This document shows, one piece after another, positions 39,927 to 53,476 of a DNA stretch of 64,000 nt. The position numbers were made by a program, and so were the translations under genes. This DNA is from Oikopleura dioica (lineage: Eukaryota > Animalia > Chordata): NCBI GenBank assembly GCA_907165135.1, contig OU015566.1, positions 9,424,001 through 9,488,000 on the forward strand. The letters are read 5' to 3'. How positions within the stretch are numbered: position 1 is the stretch's first letter; the number at the start of each line of letters is the position of its first letter. A model generated the notes under the pieces. It searched no databases, had not been told where the DNA came from, and was given only the letters and a program-made list of their open reading frames with translations.

Positions 39927-42900
39927 CTAGTATCGGTTCTCCTTGATTTCTGAATGTATAATTTAGCTTGATGAAAAATTAATCGCTAATCGTACCAGTC
40001 AGAATCATCGGCATCATCTTCCAGACTTTCGACGTACTTGTCATAGAGCCGCTTATTTTTGGCACAAGACTTTTTGTTCAAATGTCGCTCGTAGTGGTTC
40101 TGGGCTGGGAAGCAGAATTGACAAATAGAGCATCTATGGATTCACATTTAAAACTGATTTAGATAAGACAGTTTACCTTATGCTTATTTGATCCGTCTTT
40201 GTGATTCTGAAGTGAATGTAGTGCCTCTCGTGGTCATTCTTCATGTGTACATTAAGCAAGCCAAATGTAGGGAAGCTAACTCCATTCTGGCAGATTTTGC
40301 AGTGGTATTCGGCGGGCGATTTTGAGTCTTTAGCGCTCACGGGACTTGTCAGCAATTCTTCGGAAGTCTCCTCGGCGGACTGAGATTGCTGGGAAGACTT
40401 ATCTGGAGAGGAGGTTGAGCCATTAGAATTGTTGAGTGCGGGGGACAAGGGCTTTTGGATTTGAATTGGTGTCGAGGATCCCAATGATTTGGGGGTTTGT
40501 TTCGGGGTGGAAGAGGGGGTATTGTTTTTTGAAGACGTCGATTCCAATCCATACTAAATAAGAAAGTAAAAAATTCGCTTTGAGAAAGATATCTTACAGT
40601 TAACTGATCTATGTTTCTTTTACAAGCACCGTCCTTTCGTTGATGATTATGAAGTTCGTTGTCAGTCGAGTAGCAGAATCCACAGATTGAGCACTGGAAT
40701 CCCATAACTGGATTCGGCACGATTCGCCACTTCAAATACTGGTCTGGGTGAGAGAATCTCATGTGCGTCACCAGTCCCTATAATATTGTATCAGTATTTG
40801 TTTTAATGGTTATGTTGGTTACCTTGACGCCTAGGGTCTCCTGGTTACAGACTGGGCACGGATTTTCGTCGCCACGGGTGGGCTCTTCGATCGTCAACCT
40901 CGATGTATCGTACTTCTTGAAAGATGCGATGTTGTCATTGCAGATTTTAGATGTATGCTGACGACGCCAAGCTTCGATTGGCAATTCTGTGCCGAATTTA
41001 CATCTGAAGAGTTTTTTTTTATCAAATATCGAGAACCCAAATTCCTTTACCTTTTGCAGATATGAGTTGTGGTAGGCCATCTATTTGTCCTGAACTCGAT
41101 GTATCTGTCAGGATGTGAGCCTCTAATATGTGCGCAGAGTCCAGTAAAGGTACCAGCGAGACATTTACTTAGGCAATACGGGCAATCTCGAGGTTCTGGT
41201 GGATTGCCAGACTCATCGACGGTCGAAGTTAAATCTTGATCCAGCTCTAAAATGAGTTTAAGTTTCCGCTGATCTTTATGAAATGGAGTTTACCGAATTT
41301 TGATCGTTTCATGTCGCCGAGGTAATCTTGTGCTGACTTTCGTTTGATACCATGGTTGAACTTGATCGATTCTCGGATTTGCTCCTGGATCATGACTTTT
41401 CCCTGTGGGCCTACTTCTTCGCACCACTTGTCGTACTTGATTCTTTCAGAGGCGTAGTACTCGCACTTTTTGGTCGACTTGTGGTTGTAAATAGCGGAAC
41501 GAGAGTAGAAAAAGAAACCGCAGGCGTCACAGCGCTGATCGAAATAGTCGCTCTTGCTCGTTCGGAACTGGACATTCAGCTTTGGATGTTTTTCAGAAGC
41601 ATGGGTAGTCAAAGTGCGGAGGGGAGCAACATAGATGCAGTTCTTATCTGGGCAGTGTGCTTTTACATCAGATATGGAGTCGTATCGCTCGAGTTCGTCT
41701 TGTTTGGAACTCAGATTCGCCACGTCCTGACTTTTCCCTCTAAGGGGCTGGAGCGGACTCTTCTGCTCTCCGTTCAGCATCGTGTTGACTGGACAGTCGA
41801 CGATCTTCAAATGACGAGTCCAACGATCTCTTCCTTTTTCGAAATCGATTGGTGCCATATTTTCCCGATGCTTTTCCTCGGAATTATTGGAACAATCGCC
41901 ATGGTCTTTGTTGAAATATTTTTCCGAAAAGTAGCCGAATTTGCAGCCTTCGCAGCGAAATTTAAACGCCTCAAATTCAGAACGTTTGAAGTGCCAGAAG
42001 CATTCTTGATGTCTTCTTGAGATGTGATAATCGAGGTTTTGATATTTGAGTTGAATCGGGCAGTCATTTATTGGACATTCGATAATAGTCTCTGGATCTG
42101 GCTCTTTCTCCGTTTTTGTGGGTACTGGAGAACTTCCATTTTGTAGATCATTCCCAAGGCCATTTCCGAACCCTTCGAGCAAACTCAATCCTGAAAGTCC
42201 AGATAGCCCGCTTACAGGCGATGGGGAGAAAGTGGTTGATAGCGCTGCTGTTATTTTGTCTAGATAGGACTCGTTCGTCTTACGTCGCGAATGGGGCTTG
42301 TCTTGATAGGTGCTCGTGACGTAATACTCAAAGAGGGCAGTGACGAAGTTGGAATGATCGGCGAGTTCGTAGGGTGTGAAGGTACCTGCGATACGGATGT
42401 AGGCATCGCACTCGGATCCTTTGTTTTCGCCTGGCAATTGGTGGGGCAGTTGCGATTTGTGTTGATGATAGGTTTTGGCAGAAGTAAACCAGAACTGGCA
42501 TTTTTCGCATTTGCGATGAGCAAGCGCCATTTTAGTTCGACGGAAGATAATGTATTCCCGCTTGTGTTTGATACGCATGTGGCCAAGCACGCCTTTCATG
42601 GTCTTGATAAGTTGGCAACAGTTCCGAACTGGGCATAGATATTGTCCTTCGTGAGGCTTGTGGCTTGGGTTAACCTCTGTCTCCATAAGATCTTTACCAA
42701 ATGGAGCCACTACCGTACTGGAAGCGTTATCCGTGTTTATATTTTCCACATCATCTTCTACGATGCTTAGCTCAGGGTTCAGTGGGGAGTCCACAGCCGG
42801 AGAAGACGAAGTCTCGTCCATGTCAAAGGGAATTTTGCATTTGTAGACATCTTCGAGAACGCGGAAATCGAGTTGTTCGTAGCTCGGTAATTCGTGGATG

Positions 42901-45900
42901 CTCTTGACCTTGCAATCGTGCAATGCCATACGTTGATACTGCTGGCAATAGCTAATTCTTGGCCCACCATCGCGGCTTGTGCCGGTACGTTGATTGTGCG
43001 CGCCGTAGTCTCGGTAATTGACAAACCAGAAAAGACAGTCGTTGCATCGTTTCTTGGTGTTTTCCCGCTCAAGTCGTCTGAAGAGAACATATGCGTTTTT
43101 ATGATTCGCCTTGATATGGGTAAACAGGTTCTTCCAGCAAGCATGTGATTGAGTTTCCGGCTTGACAACTTGCTTCCTGCAGCTCTTGATAGGACAGACC
43201 ATGTTTGTTTGACCGTTTCCAGTGATACTGACTGGCATCGGCAGAGGGCTTTCTGTTCTGCTTGAATTGAATTCGGCGATGGCATGGACTGGTGAACTGT
43301 CTACATCGGCGAATTCATCTGGATCGGTTATCTCAGTGATCTCAGTAGAAGGGTCTTCCATGATGCTCTGCTGGGCGATAAGTTCTGCAGCGTTATCAAC
43401 GATGCAATCGTAGTTTTCAATGCACATTTTGATATCGACCAAAAAGAGGGGATTTTCATGTTTCTCCATTCCCTCGGCAAGTTTTTGGTAGACATCGCAG
43501 TATGTCCCTTCTGGCCGAGCACCTTCTGTTTGGTAGCGTCGATTGTTCTTATGATTGTACCATTCGGCGCCCTTCAACCAGAATTGACATTTGTCGCAGT
43601 AACGATCGAAGCCGCGACGTTTCATGCGGCGGAAGACAACAAAGGCGTTACGATGAGCGTTTTGCATGTGGATCCACAAACTTAAATAACATTAGGGAAC
43701 AGAACAAAATAATATTAATAGTTTATTAGAATCTGATAACATTGAATATATGAATATATCAACGCACACCTCGATATATTACTTTTTCCTCCATGGGTAA
43801 AAGCTGTGAACTTTCTCTTGCAACCCCAAGCTGGGCAAATGTTTGTATTTCTCAGATTCTCCGAGTTGCCAGTGGAGAGAGATTTTTCAGGTGAGATATC
43901 GTTCACTGAGGGAAGCGTGGCTCCAGTTGACAGGGAATGCGTAATTAGTTGAAGAAGCGTAGCAGCAGTTTCTGGAGTCAACTGGTCGAAATCAACACCA
44001 AGTTGTTGAAAAGCATTTGTACTGGTTCCTGTATCGGCATCAGCTACAGCTGGGGATGGAGAGCGATCGGATGCGATGTTGTCTACAATTTCAAATTGAT
44101 GTTTTATGATTTAATTGACTTTGGCCGAAATAAAAAATATTGAGCGGAGCTTCATAAAGAAAATTTGTTGACTATACTTACCGTGAATATACTGAGTCGT
44201 GTCAGCATCAGCCGGCAGTGTCATCAAATGACTTGGTGTTACTCTCTTCCTTGTTCCTGGTGGAGGCTTGTAATTTTCGCCAGTTACGGATTCTAGGACG
44301 TTAAAATCGATTTCATCCATGATCTCCTCAAGTGGTCGTTTATTTGGATCGTTTTCATAAGCCTCCTGCTGCTCTTTGGTTATGCGAATATTTGAAACGC
44401 AAGTATTCAGATGCCGATGCTTGTAGATCGCGTTTTTATCAGCGTAATTCCAGCTGCATGTTTCGCAAATCATCATGAGTCCCGGAACTTTGTGTTGCAT
44501 TCGAAAGAGAACACCAGCGTAACCATGGGCGGGGACGAGATGTTTGAAGATTCCACCGAGCTTGGAAAACGCTTTGCCGCAGCTTTTGATAGGACATCTG
44601 TAAGACAGATCAGGACGGCTTTGTTGTGTCGGGCCTCGAGCCCACTCTTCTTGTACTCCTGCGAGGGAGAAGCGAGAATGGATGTCTGCAGTGGCTGGAG
44701 TAAATGAACTCGAGGGAAGATTTTCCGTAAGATGCTCCACACTGTTCTCTACATTTCGAACACCTTCTTCGAACATCTTTGCAGCGCTAAGAGCTGGATT
44801 TACTTCGCAATGGTCACGCCATTTATGACAATACACGTCTTCTTCAGAGAAAAAATTCTCGCCACAATCATCGCATCGAATCGCGACATCATTCTCTTCC
44901 TTGATTCCCAAATGATTACCCAGACTATGCGGTGTCGACTCGTCCCCGTGAATATCTGCTATAGCTTCTTCTTTCTCTTCTTGGCTATCGAAAGCGATTT
45001 GTTTCAGGGAATCGCATGGATGAGACCATTCGGAAGGTTTAGGAAAGGCGAAACCGCAATCATCGCATCTTGGGCCTATGAATTGAATGCAGGGAATGTT
45101 TCGCCGAAAATGCGCATTTTTCTTTGGATGCGAAGTTTCCATGTGCCAGCAGAGGAGGCCAAGCGAATCGAAGCCTTCCGAACAGCTGATTATCGGACAT
45201 GAGAAAGTACATTCCGGTTTTTCCTCGTTTTCTTCAACTTCTCGTAAATTATCGCTGCATTGCGATTTGAAGTAGCTGATCATGGCGGGGGAAATAGTCT
45301 TCTTGGCGAAAACCGCGCATTGTTCTGGAATGTGCGCTTCGTATTCGCTGGCGGAAGCGAAGTGAAATTCGCAAATCGGACATCGCACCACCGAGTGATT
45401 GTATTGTGCTTAAGAAAAATGAGTGTCGCAAACTTTAGTGCAAAGTTACTTAGATAAATCGCTAAATGTCTGTGATAATCGTAAGGATCATTTCTAGGGA
45501 ATAGAATTCGATGCGTATCATGCTCTGCCAGCAACAGTAAAAGATTGGTTGTAAAAATAGAATCCCGAAGACGCGAGCTCATAGAAGCACGAAAAACCGT
45601 CGATCTTTTCTTTCTCTTGCCGGCTCTATGATGGGTCTGAGAGAAGAATCGGGTTCATATCTGATGAATTGCGGGGGCGAGCCTTCAGAGAAAGAAAGAG
45701 CTGAGAATCACTAAGAACGTCAACGCTTTCCACGCTTATCTTAGCTTTCTAGAAGAATTCTTCTGTCGCATAGAAATTTGTACCAGCTAAGCTTTATTTT
45801 ATGCGCTCAAATCAAAGCTCCCAAAGGTCAATCTGACTCAGAGGCTATGATCTTTAAAATTTTACTCATCATATAAAATAAGGCCGCCTGAGGAACTACA

Positions 45901-47858
45901 GTACTCCTGTCTTTCCAGGTAGTTACAAAATTTAAGAGAATCTTACCTTGAAGGTCGCGCTTGTACAGAACAAACAGGTCCGGATGATCGATCTCTAGAT
46001 GCTTTTCGATGCCGCGGAAGCTTTCTTTTGTCTCGCAGGACATCATCGGGCACTAAACGATTTATCAAACATCTGAAAAGCGGAGTGAGACGCACGTGGT
46101 AGAGTGTTGAATCGTCTTTTAGTTCTACAGGCGACTCTTCAGGTCAGGGTTCCAATTTTGGCCGAAAAAATTTTGGAGCGGAGTGGAGAGATGAGTGGAT
46201 AGCCCAAAAAATTTTTTGAGCGGAGTGGAGCGGTGAGTGGATCCCCAAAAAAAATGGTTGAGCGAGTGGAGTGGATGAGCGGAGTGGATTTTGAGCGGAT
46301 TTTTAGGGAATTTTGAGCGATTAAAAAAAATTTTTTTGCCATTTCATACACCCTACAATACACTCAAAAAAGGGTCATGAGCAAGCCTTTCCTTTTCTGA
46401 AAAAGTATAGAGGTTGAAAAAGGTCGGGCCCCCACGAGCAGACAGAAACCGAAGTCTTCTTTGCACGCCGTGAGCAAGCCTTTCATTTTTCGAAATAAAA
46501 AGGGTTTTAGAGGGGTCTGATCATCAAACTTTTATGAAGAAATTGGTCCTTAATTAAAGGTTGATCCTGATATTATATCAGTGATTTATTCTCTTGATTA
46601 TCCCCTGAGAGAATGTGATTCTTCATTTAAAAATAGACAAAACTCGGTCTCCAATCAGAATACGAGAAAAGGGGCGCTAAAGACAAAAATCCACTCTATC
46701 CGCTCAAAATCCACTCCATCCACTCAAAATCCACTCCAAAGTAGATTTTACAGGTTGGAGTGGAGTGGAGCGAATGAGTGGATACTAAAAATATAGGCTG
46801 AGCGAGTGGAGTGGAGTGGATCCACTCCGCTCACGCTCCACTCCACTCCGCTCAAAATCCACTCCATCGCTCAGCAAAATTGGAACCCTGCTTCAGGTTC
46901 TTCTTTGACTTCCTTTTTTACACTTTGCTCTGTCACCTCCATGTCTTCAGTTTCTATTTTCTCGGATCATAAATTGTTATAGACGGTTGAAACAGTATAA
47001 GCGAGTGTGCATTTACTTGTCCAAAAGTATTGGGTCGATTCACAGAGAGTGGCGACTCAGAAAGCGGGCCCCTGGCTTGGGCGCGTTTTCTTTTCTTTGT
47101 GAATCCACTAGACAAATCTCCCTATAGACTATCGAATCTTTTATGACTCCGCCGCGTCAGTCACTTATTAGCCCAAGATGTGATGTGAACACGGGTGCAG
47201 TAGGATAGATCAATTCAATTCCTAACTACTCTCTCACTATCGTATGAACAGTGACTACGTAAGGTAATGCACACATCCCGAAAAGAGAGAGCCACCAGGC
47301 AAGGTCTACAGGGCCTCGGGTGGGTGAGAAGAGAGGAAGAGGCCTGATGATCCAATATTTATTCAGGGCAGACCCAGACCTTTGAATACATTCTCTGATG
47401 TACAGAGAAATACATTCTCTGAAATTCAAGAAGGCATCTCAAATGAATTTTCAATCATTTTAACTTCTTTATGATCCCTTTTCCTAATGTTCCGTTGAAT
47501 AAATCATTACCGGTATTGCTCGCTGGGGGACTCGGACTAGCGCTTGTTGTCGGACATAAATCATCGAGCGCGCTCGGAGCCGATAATTTCACTTTTTCGG
47601 GCGATGATTTTGTTGGCGTCGCGCTCAGGTTTGATGTTCTCGGGCTGAAATAGAGTTTGAGACGAGTGAGTCAATCAGATGATCAGATCTCTCTCCAGTG
47701 TGTGAGTCTCATCGTCATCCTTTGGGCGGTTCAAATCCCCTGAGGGGCTCTCCTGATGCGTCTGAGGGCTCAAGCCTCAGGTCAAGTTATTACCTTTCCG
47801 TAGCCTCAGGATACATTTCTTGTGAAGAGTTGACTGCTGCGCTTACTTTTTCTGGCAT
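39927..47858 (-). CDS. Large multi-zinc-finger protein with about ten paired C2H2+C2HC modules; 5' end tentative
   Basis: ORFs 41247-43679, 44111-45391 and others with recurrent CPxxxC..HxxxxH..FR..CxxCxFxF..H..C. Upstream exons 47794-47869 and 47511-47644 splice in frame to ETEDMEVTEQ. Confidence 0.8.
46145..46890. mobile_element. MITE (hAT-like), CAGGG termini, 8-bp TSD, inside a coding exon of the zinc-finger gene
   Basis: TIR CAGGGTTCCAATTTTG / CAAAATTGGAACCCTG; TSD CTTCAGGT at 46137-46144 and 46891-46898; internal GAGTGGA/TCCACTC repeats. Confidence 0.94.
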
Positions 47859-50800
47859 TTTGAGTTCATCTAAAAATAAAATGGTTAAATAAAAATGAAA
47901 ACTATTGAAAATCTCTTGGTTCGGAATAAAAGTCTGGTAAGTCTGGGAGCGCGTGAGCTCAAGCCACTGCCTCAGGGCAGGACAGAGCTGTCCTTGGGCA
48001 ATAGTCAATGGACACTTGAACAAAGCATTGACTCGTTCTCTAAGAGACGCTACAAGAGAAGAGAGCAAAGCCCACAGTCCACAAATAGCCCTGTGAAAAG
48101 CGAGCCCTACCCTCCGGCGCGAACCGTCAAACAAAACTTACTTTTGCCCACTGGATCTTACTCAGCAAGGCGATAATTTCAAACTTATTTCTCGGCTCTA
48201 ATAAAAAGACAACTCCCGGGGGGATGTCTTTGACGATATCTGTCGACTACCTTGCTCTCTTATGCTTATTGTATTTTCTCCTGACGATAGTATAACCGAC
48301 GCGCGAGGCTCGTTTCTATCGATTGCAAAAGAAGAAGAAAAAAAAACGGTTCTGCAGACCTTCTGTCTCGTGATCTGGTAAATATAATAAGTATTGAAAG
48401 CTCTCTCTTTCGATTTCTGTTGCTAATGATTCAACTTCCTCAAACCTCTCACTGGTACATGCCCTTAGGTGATGAATCTGGAGAGAATAAAAACGGAAGC
48501 AGATAGAAAAAGACTCATCAGATCTTCTGACTAGTATGATTAATCTCAGAATAGGAGACAACTCACAATCGGATAATCAGATAATACAAGCCTTCTGAAT
48601 CAAAAAGCAAGACCACGTCTGTCCGATAGACAAAAGATCTCTGTTCTCTACCTGATAGAAAAAAAAATGAAAATTGAGACGATCAAAAAGTCACTTCAAA
48701 GTAATGCTCGGCTATTAGATGCCCGCTTGGCCCTGCTTCGGCGCAAAATCGATGGAGTTTTGAGGCTCTTGTATGTCTCTCTGTCCACATCTATTCTAAG
48801 GAAAGGAGAGCGTGTATCTTGCTCCCGAGTTCGAATCTGAAGCCTAAGGCGCGTGCCCGCTTCATCATTTGAAATCCAACATAGATAAACCCCTATTCTA
48901 AGGATATTCTGTAGCGTTTTACCTGGGTTAAGGATCTCTTATAACTTGCTTTGAAAATTCAGTTTGATTTCAACTCCTTCTCGGGCGTTCAAAACAAGAG
49001 ACAGAGAAGGAGAATTGATGGCGCTCACTTGAAAAGTCGCCTAAAGGCTAAAGATTTCGGATAGCGATGGTTGGTCCCGCTTCGAAACGGTGGCAGGAGG
49101 CCACAGACAAATAACAGTAGCCAAGACAAAAATCGATAGTGCAAGCGACAACCTTAACTACCTTATCTATCGATTGGTCAGTTGGGGAGTATCATATGAA
49201 AAATGAAATGGTAGAAAATTCTGAGCACTTTCCGGTTTCACAAAATTTTCTGCAGTAGATAAAACTTTTATCCGGAAATAGTGAATATTAGACCTTTGGA
49301 TGTTTTATCTTTGCATAGGCGTTCTATCGTGTTTACATGTATTTAACCAAGTCTGGTGTCTTTGGAAATTCAGAGGAAAAAATCATATATTTCTCAGAAA
49401 ATTATCTGCACCAAAGGCTCAACATGCTGAACGAAAGAATCAATAACTTCGAGTGTGGTAAAAAAGTCGCTCTCCTGGAGAGCGGGCCACTTCATGAAGC
49501 ACCAAATAGTCTTTGAGAATCGATCCGCTCGGTAGTTTGAATAACATGAATGCCCAGGCCTGTAAAATAAGAGAGTAGAGTCCTACTCATAGGAACTGCC
49601 TTGGCAAACATGATCTGCCATTAACCCAATTAACCCTTCCTTATCCGCCATAATTGGCCGACTGAGTGAAAGACCATTGAGTTTCATCGTTTGAATTGAC
49701 AGTTTGACAAACGAAATTTGTTTACAAAAGAGCGTGCCTTATGGCGGCCCCTAAGAAATCATCCACTGGGCTTCATTGAGATTCTGTTTGACTCCTCTCA
49801 ACGCATGAATAGGCACAGCAAGAGTGCCAGGGGCCGGGACCTGTCCGAATTATGAAAAATTTAAAAGGCAACGAAATTTTCTCCTTCTTATAACTTGTTG
49901 GCACCGTTTTCAATAGCTCTTTTTCAAGAGACGAGGAAAGAAACTGCATCGGAGAATTGTACTTTTCTATTGAACATTTATTTACCTCGTTATCTCCGCC
50001 GAAAGGTTTAAAACTGATAGTTGCACTGTAGACACTGAACTGTAGTTATAATATCGCGAGTTTGACGACTTTTTTAGCGTGCGTATGCGTGGATCTCTTT
50101 TTTTCTTTCTCTCGCTCTCTGTCGGTTTTCTGCGCAAAGATAATATCTTCCCAATTTTTATTCGGGTGCCCTATTGTTGTCGGGGCGCTTCTGTGGAAGG
50201 TGATTTTTGTCAGTTTGTTCGGGTTTCAAACGAGCAGAAAAACTGGGACACAGAGGAGGGCGCGCAACAAACAAAAAAATAATAACGCGCAAAAAGATCT
50301 CAAGAGGGATTGTGGCGAATGGGCCCCCTTCGTCAGTCAGGTGGTGCGATTTTATGCTCAAGAGAACGCCTCTCTCTTGGAGGCCTCACTCACTGGATCG
50401 TGATGGCCCTGTGACAGGTGGCCGCGGACGAAGGCCGCCCGAGGGGTCTCAACAGAACTAACTTATCCATCTCTCACTTCACCTAACCACTGCCGAGCTC
50501 TCAAGAATCACGATCGAACTATTTTTGAACTGACTAGGTCCACTGGAATCCTTACTTTATGATGAAGTTAGACCAAAACGCACTACTTAGTCTCCATGCT
50601 GATTTTTTTAAGGAACTTCCGTCTTAACTTATTTACTGTTATCTGAGTGGAATTCTGACCTTATCGTTTCTTTCAAAACCAACACATGATTTTAATAAGA
50701 TTGAAAACTAACTAAAGGTATCAAAGTTCTTCTTGTTCTAAGATCTTACAGAAAGACATTGAGTCATTATTGAAACGAAAAATGTGTCTGTAAATGGTTC

Positions 50801-52409
50801 TTGATTCAGTCAAGTTCCGAAAATTTTCTTTATCAAAAAAATTTACGGTTGGTGATTTTCAAGTACAAGGAAAATGTCGATTCTTATCAGCTTCTCAGAG
50901 GGTCCGAGGAGGAAAACATAAACAGCTGCGGCTGTGTTGAAGGCGTGGAATCAAAATATCAGCGTTTAGTCAACCGTGACTAGGGTTTTCTTGAGCCTCT
51001 AGAATTTTAAGACGACTTCTCTTGTGCTCATTATCTCATATTTTTGCAAATGGAAATGTTTTAAAGCTGGCCGTATCTCTCTTCTCTTGCTGTGGTCTCT
51101 TACCTGATGGTTTTTGTGGTGCGAAAAAAATAAATTCTAGCGTGGCTGAAAAAGAAGCTGCGGAATGAAAGGGTTGTGTATAGTGTAAGCGGTATGCCGT
51201 TCGATTTGCGGAGCTTGACTTTGAGTCAGGGAGTAGTATGAGAATCAGGTAGTATGAGGATTGATAGAAGGTCTGATAGGAGCTGGTGGTGGTGGTGCCT
51301 CGGCTCTGCTACTACACCAGAGAGAGTTATTCAAGCGTCACTGGCATTTGAGACGTCGGGCAGGTCCATGTCATCGGATGAGTGAGCAGAAAGTGCATCA
51401 AGAAGGCGCCGCGGGGCACGAAAGCAGCAGTAAAAAGCACCAGATATCAAGAGAAGGCACCACCAAGGCAACTCGCCACCACCACCACTATCCCGATTTA
51501 GACTCAACCGTCCTTCTATCGCAGCACAGTGAATTGTCAACTGTCACGTCTCAACGCCAAGCCAGTCAAAGCGCGTGGTATTGATCTTCTTATTCATTTC
51601 ATGATTTCCGGAATCATCGGTAGTAATGCCAGATGCGTATTCGTAAAGAAAATATTTCTTAAGAGTATCATCGGTGACCTCAGTTGACTTTTTTAAACTG
51701 AGTTATATTAACTTTACAGCTGATTTTGATTGAATTTGATCATAAAATGGCGTATCAGGATCATATTTTTATCAAATAATCGTAACAAATATAATAAGAA
51801 AATTGCTAGAAAGACAAGCTTAACTGCCGAACTTTTGAACCAATAATTTTCGTCAATAAAGATTTAATAAATAAGTCGGGAATTAGAATAGGCAGCAGCT
51901 ACTTTCTTCGTTGATATCAGTATTGTTTTGAAACGATGACGACTGAATATCATGAGGTTCATCCGTGCGATGCTGACAAAAATCCTAAAAAGTGAATGTA
52001 TTGATTTTAGTTACGCTAGAATAAATCAGAAAATAATTTACTTCCAGCGCGTTACGCCATAAAGAAGTAAGATAGTTTGACCTATGTAGGTTCATATATA
52101 AATCTATATCTGAAGAGCAGTTAATATAGGAATATACAGGTCATTGTTCCCGCAGAATCTTCCACGCTCTTCTTTTATGATTCGACTATTATTCAACAAA
52201 CCCCTGGAACCCCGCATCGATGTCGATATTAATGTTTCCCCCCTTAAAAACATATACGCGTAAATATGTCATCGTAACATAACAATATGGAAGGAATATT
52301 CTTTTACAGGCTTTTTACGAGGTAGTGATGCAACACCCCATAATTCTCTGTATAAAACTAACCTCGTTTCTCGTCTTCCGCATACACACGGATCTCTTCG
52401 ACAACCAAA

Positions 52410-52643
52410 ATGTTTCCAATCTCTCAACCCAACACTTCTCGACCTCTCCGATGCGTTTTCTGCTTCAGACGCTTCAAGTACGACCAATCTCTTCAAACTC
52501 ATCTACTTGCCGACCATTCATCCACGATTTCTGCCCTCAACCATCTCCGGAACTACAGTAAGGCCACGGCAACAGACGAGTCCTGCAATCTTGCGCCAAG
52601 AAGAGTTTCAGTGATCAAGAAGCTCGAAAATTACCTGCCATGA
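52410..52643 (+). CDS. Small single C2H2 zinc-finger protein (77 aa)
   Basis: CVFCFRRFKYDQSLQTHLLADH finger; C-terminal RRVSVIKK; TATAAAA at ~52351 and AATAAA at ~52684. Confidence 0.55.
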   Translation: MFPISQPNTSRPLRCVFCFRRFKYDQSLQTHLLADHSSTISALNHLRNYSKATATDESCNLAPRRVSVIKKLENYLP

Positions 52644-52815
52644 ATCTCTCTGACTGCCTGATTGAACAACATGCTATTAGCGAAATAAAACCTCAATTTT
52701 ACAAAAATCCAATGTAGTCATCAACAACTATATTTATTCCATCAAGCGTCGGCAGTGAAAGATACAAGGCTTCCACCGTTTGGAGAAATACGGTCATCGG
52801 CAAGGTGGACCAAGT

Positions 52816-52937
52816 TTACTTGGATCGAGCTCGCATCTGAAAAGTAGAGATTAAGAAAATCAAGAGTTCAATTTTCAAACCTTTCTTCGCTTTCGCTTGA
52901 GCCTTCGTACACGCTTCTTACGCCACTTTGCACGCAT
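52816..52937 (-). CDS. RPL41: Ribosomal protein eL41 (25 aa, 2 exons; not in ORF track)
   Basis: MRAKWRKKRVRRLKRKRRK|MRARSK*, with GT-AG intron 52837-52880. Confidence 0.97.
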
Positions 52938-53476
52938 TTTTCACCGACTTCTCAGTCTGAAAGAAGAAAAGTTGATAAATTTCTAACTTATTTAAAAAAA
53001 ACCTAATTCATAAGAATAAGAGTGACGTACGGGAAAGACGTTGACGACAGAATATATCATGGTGGTGTGGAAGGAACATTTTATTGGGAGGCATATTTTT
53101 GGGAATAATTAACAACTCTTTTCGTCTTCTCAGATTATTAAGTAATTTTCTGTATTCAATTTGGAGAGGATTCATTTTTTTCTTTTCAAATTATAATTCG
53201 AATTGGAAAGTGCGCGCTTTGAGCCAATCAGAGGCCGCCATCCGCCTGATTTTCTCTTTCACACTGACTCAGACATAAAAGAATTACGTAATCAACTATG
53301 ATGATATAACTATGAGTAATCACTAGAGAAATGGTGCAAGAAAGTTCTACTGTTCTCTGATAAGACCCTCTGGTCATACGACTTTTTCTAGTCTAAAATT
53401 TGTGAATTGAAGCACCCCAGTTTGAAAGTTAAAAATTCTAGAGATCGTTAAACGAAAAAAAGAAGGAATAAGCGAA

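Noticed and set aside
47720-47750. GGTTCAAATCCC Pol III B-box / T-loop-like motif
   Set aside because: T-stem pairs poorly and no acceptor, D or anticodon arms can be built, so it is not called as tRNA or SINE.
47895-48176. 93-aa plus-strand ORF
   Set aside because: No recognisable domain or linked exons; left uncalled.
51261-51584. 107-aa ORF with Gly and His runs
   Set aside because: No ATG start, no splice context or homology; low-complexity GGT/CAC repeats explain it.
53405-53425. GCACCCCAG resembling a sterol regulatory element upstream of HMGCR
   Set aside because: Imperfect match to ATCACCCCAC and expected by chance.
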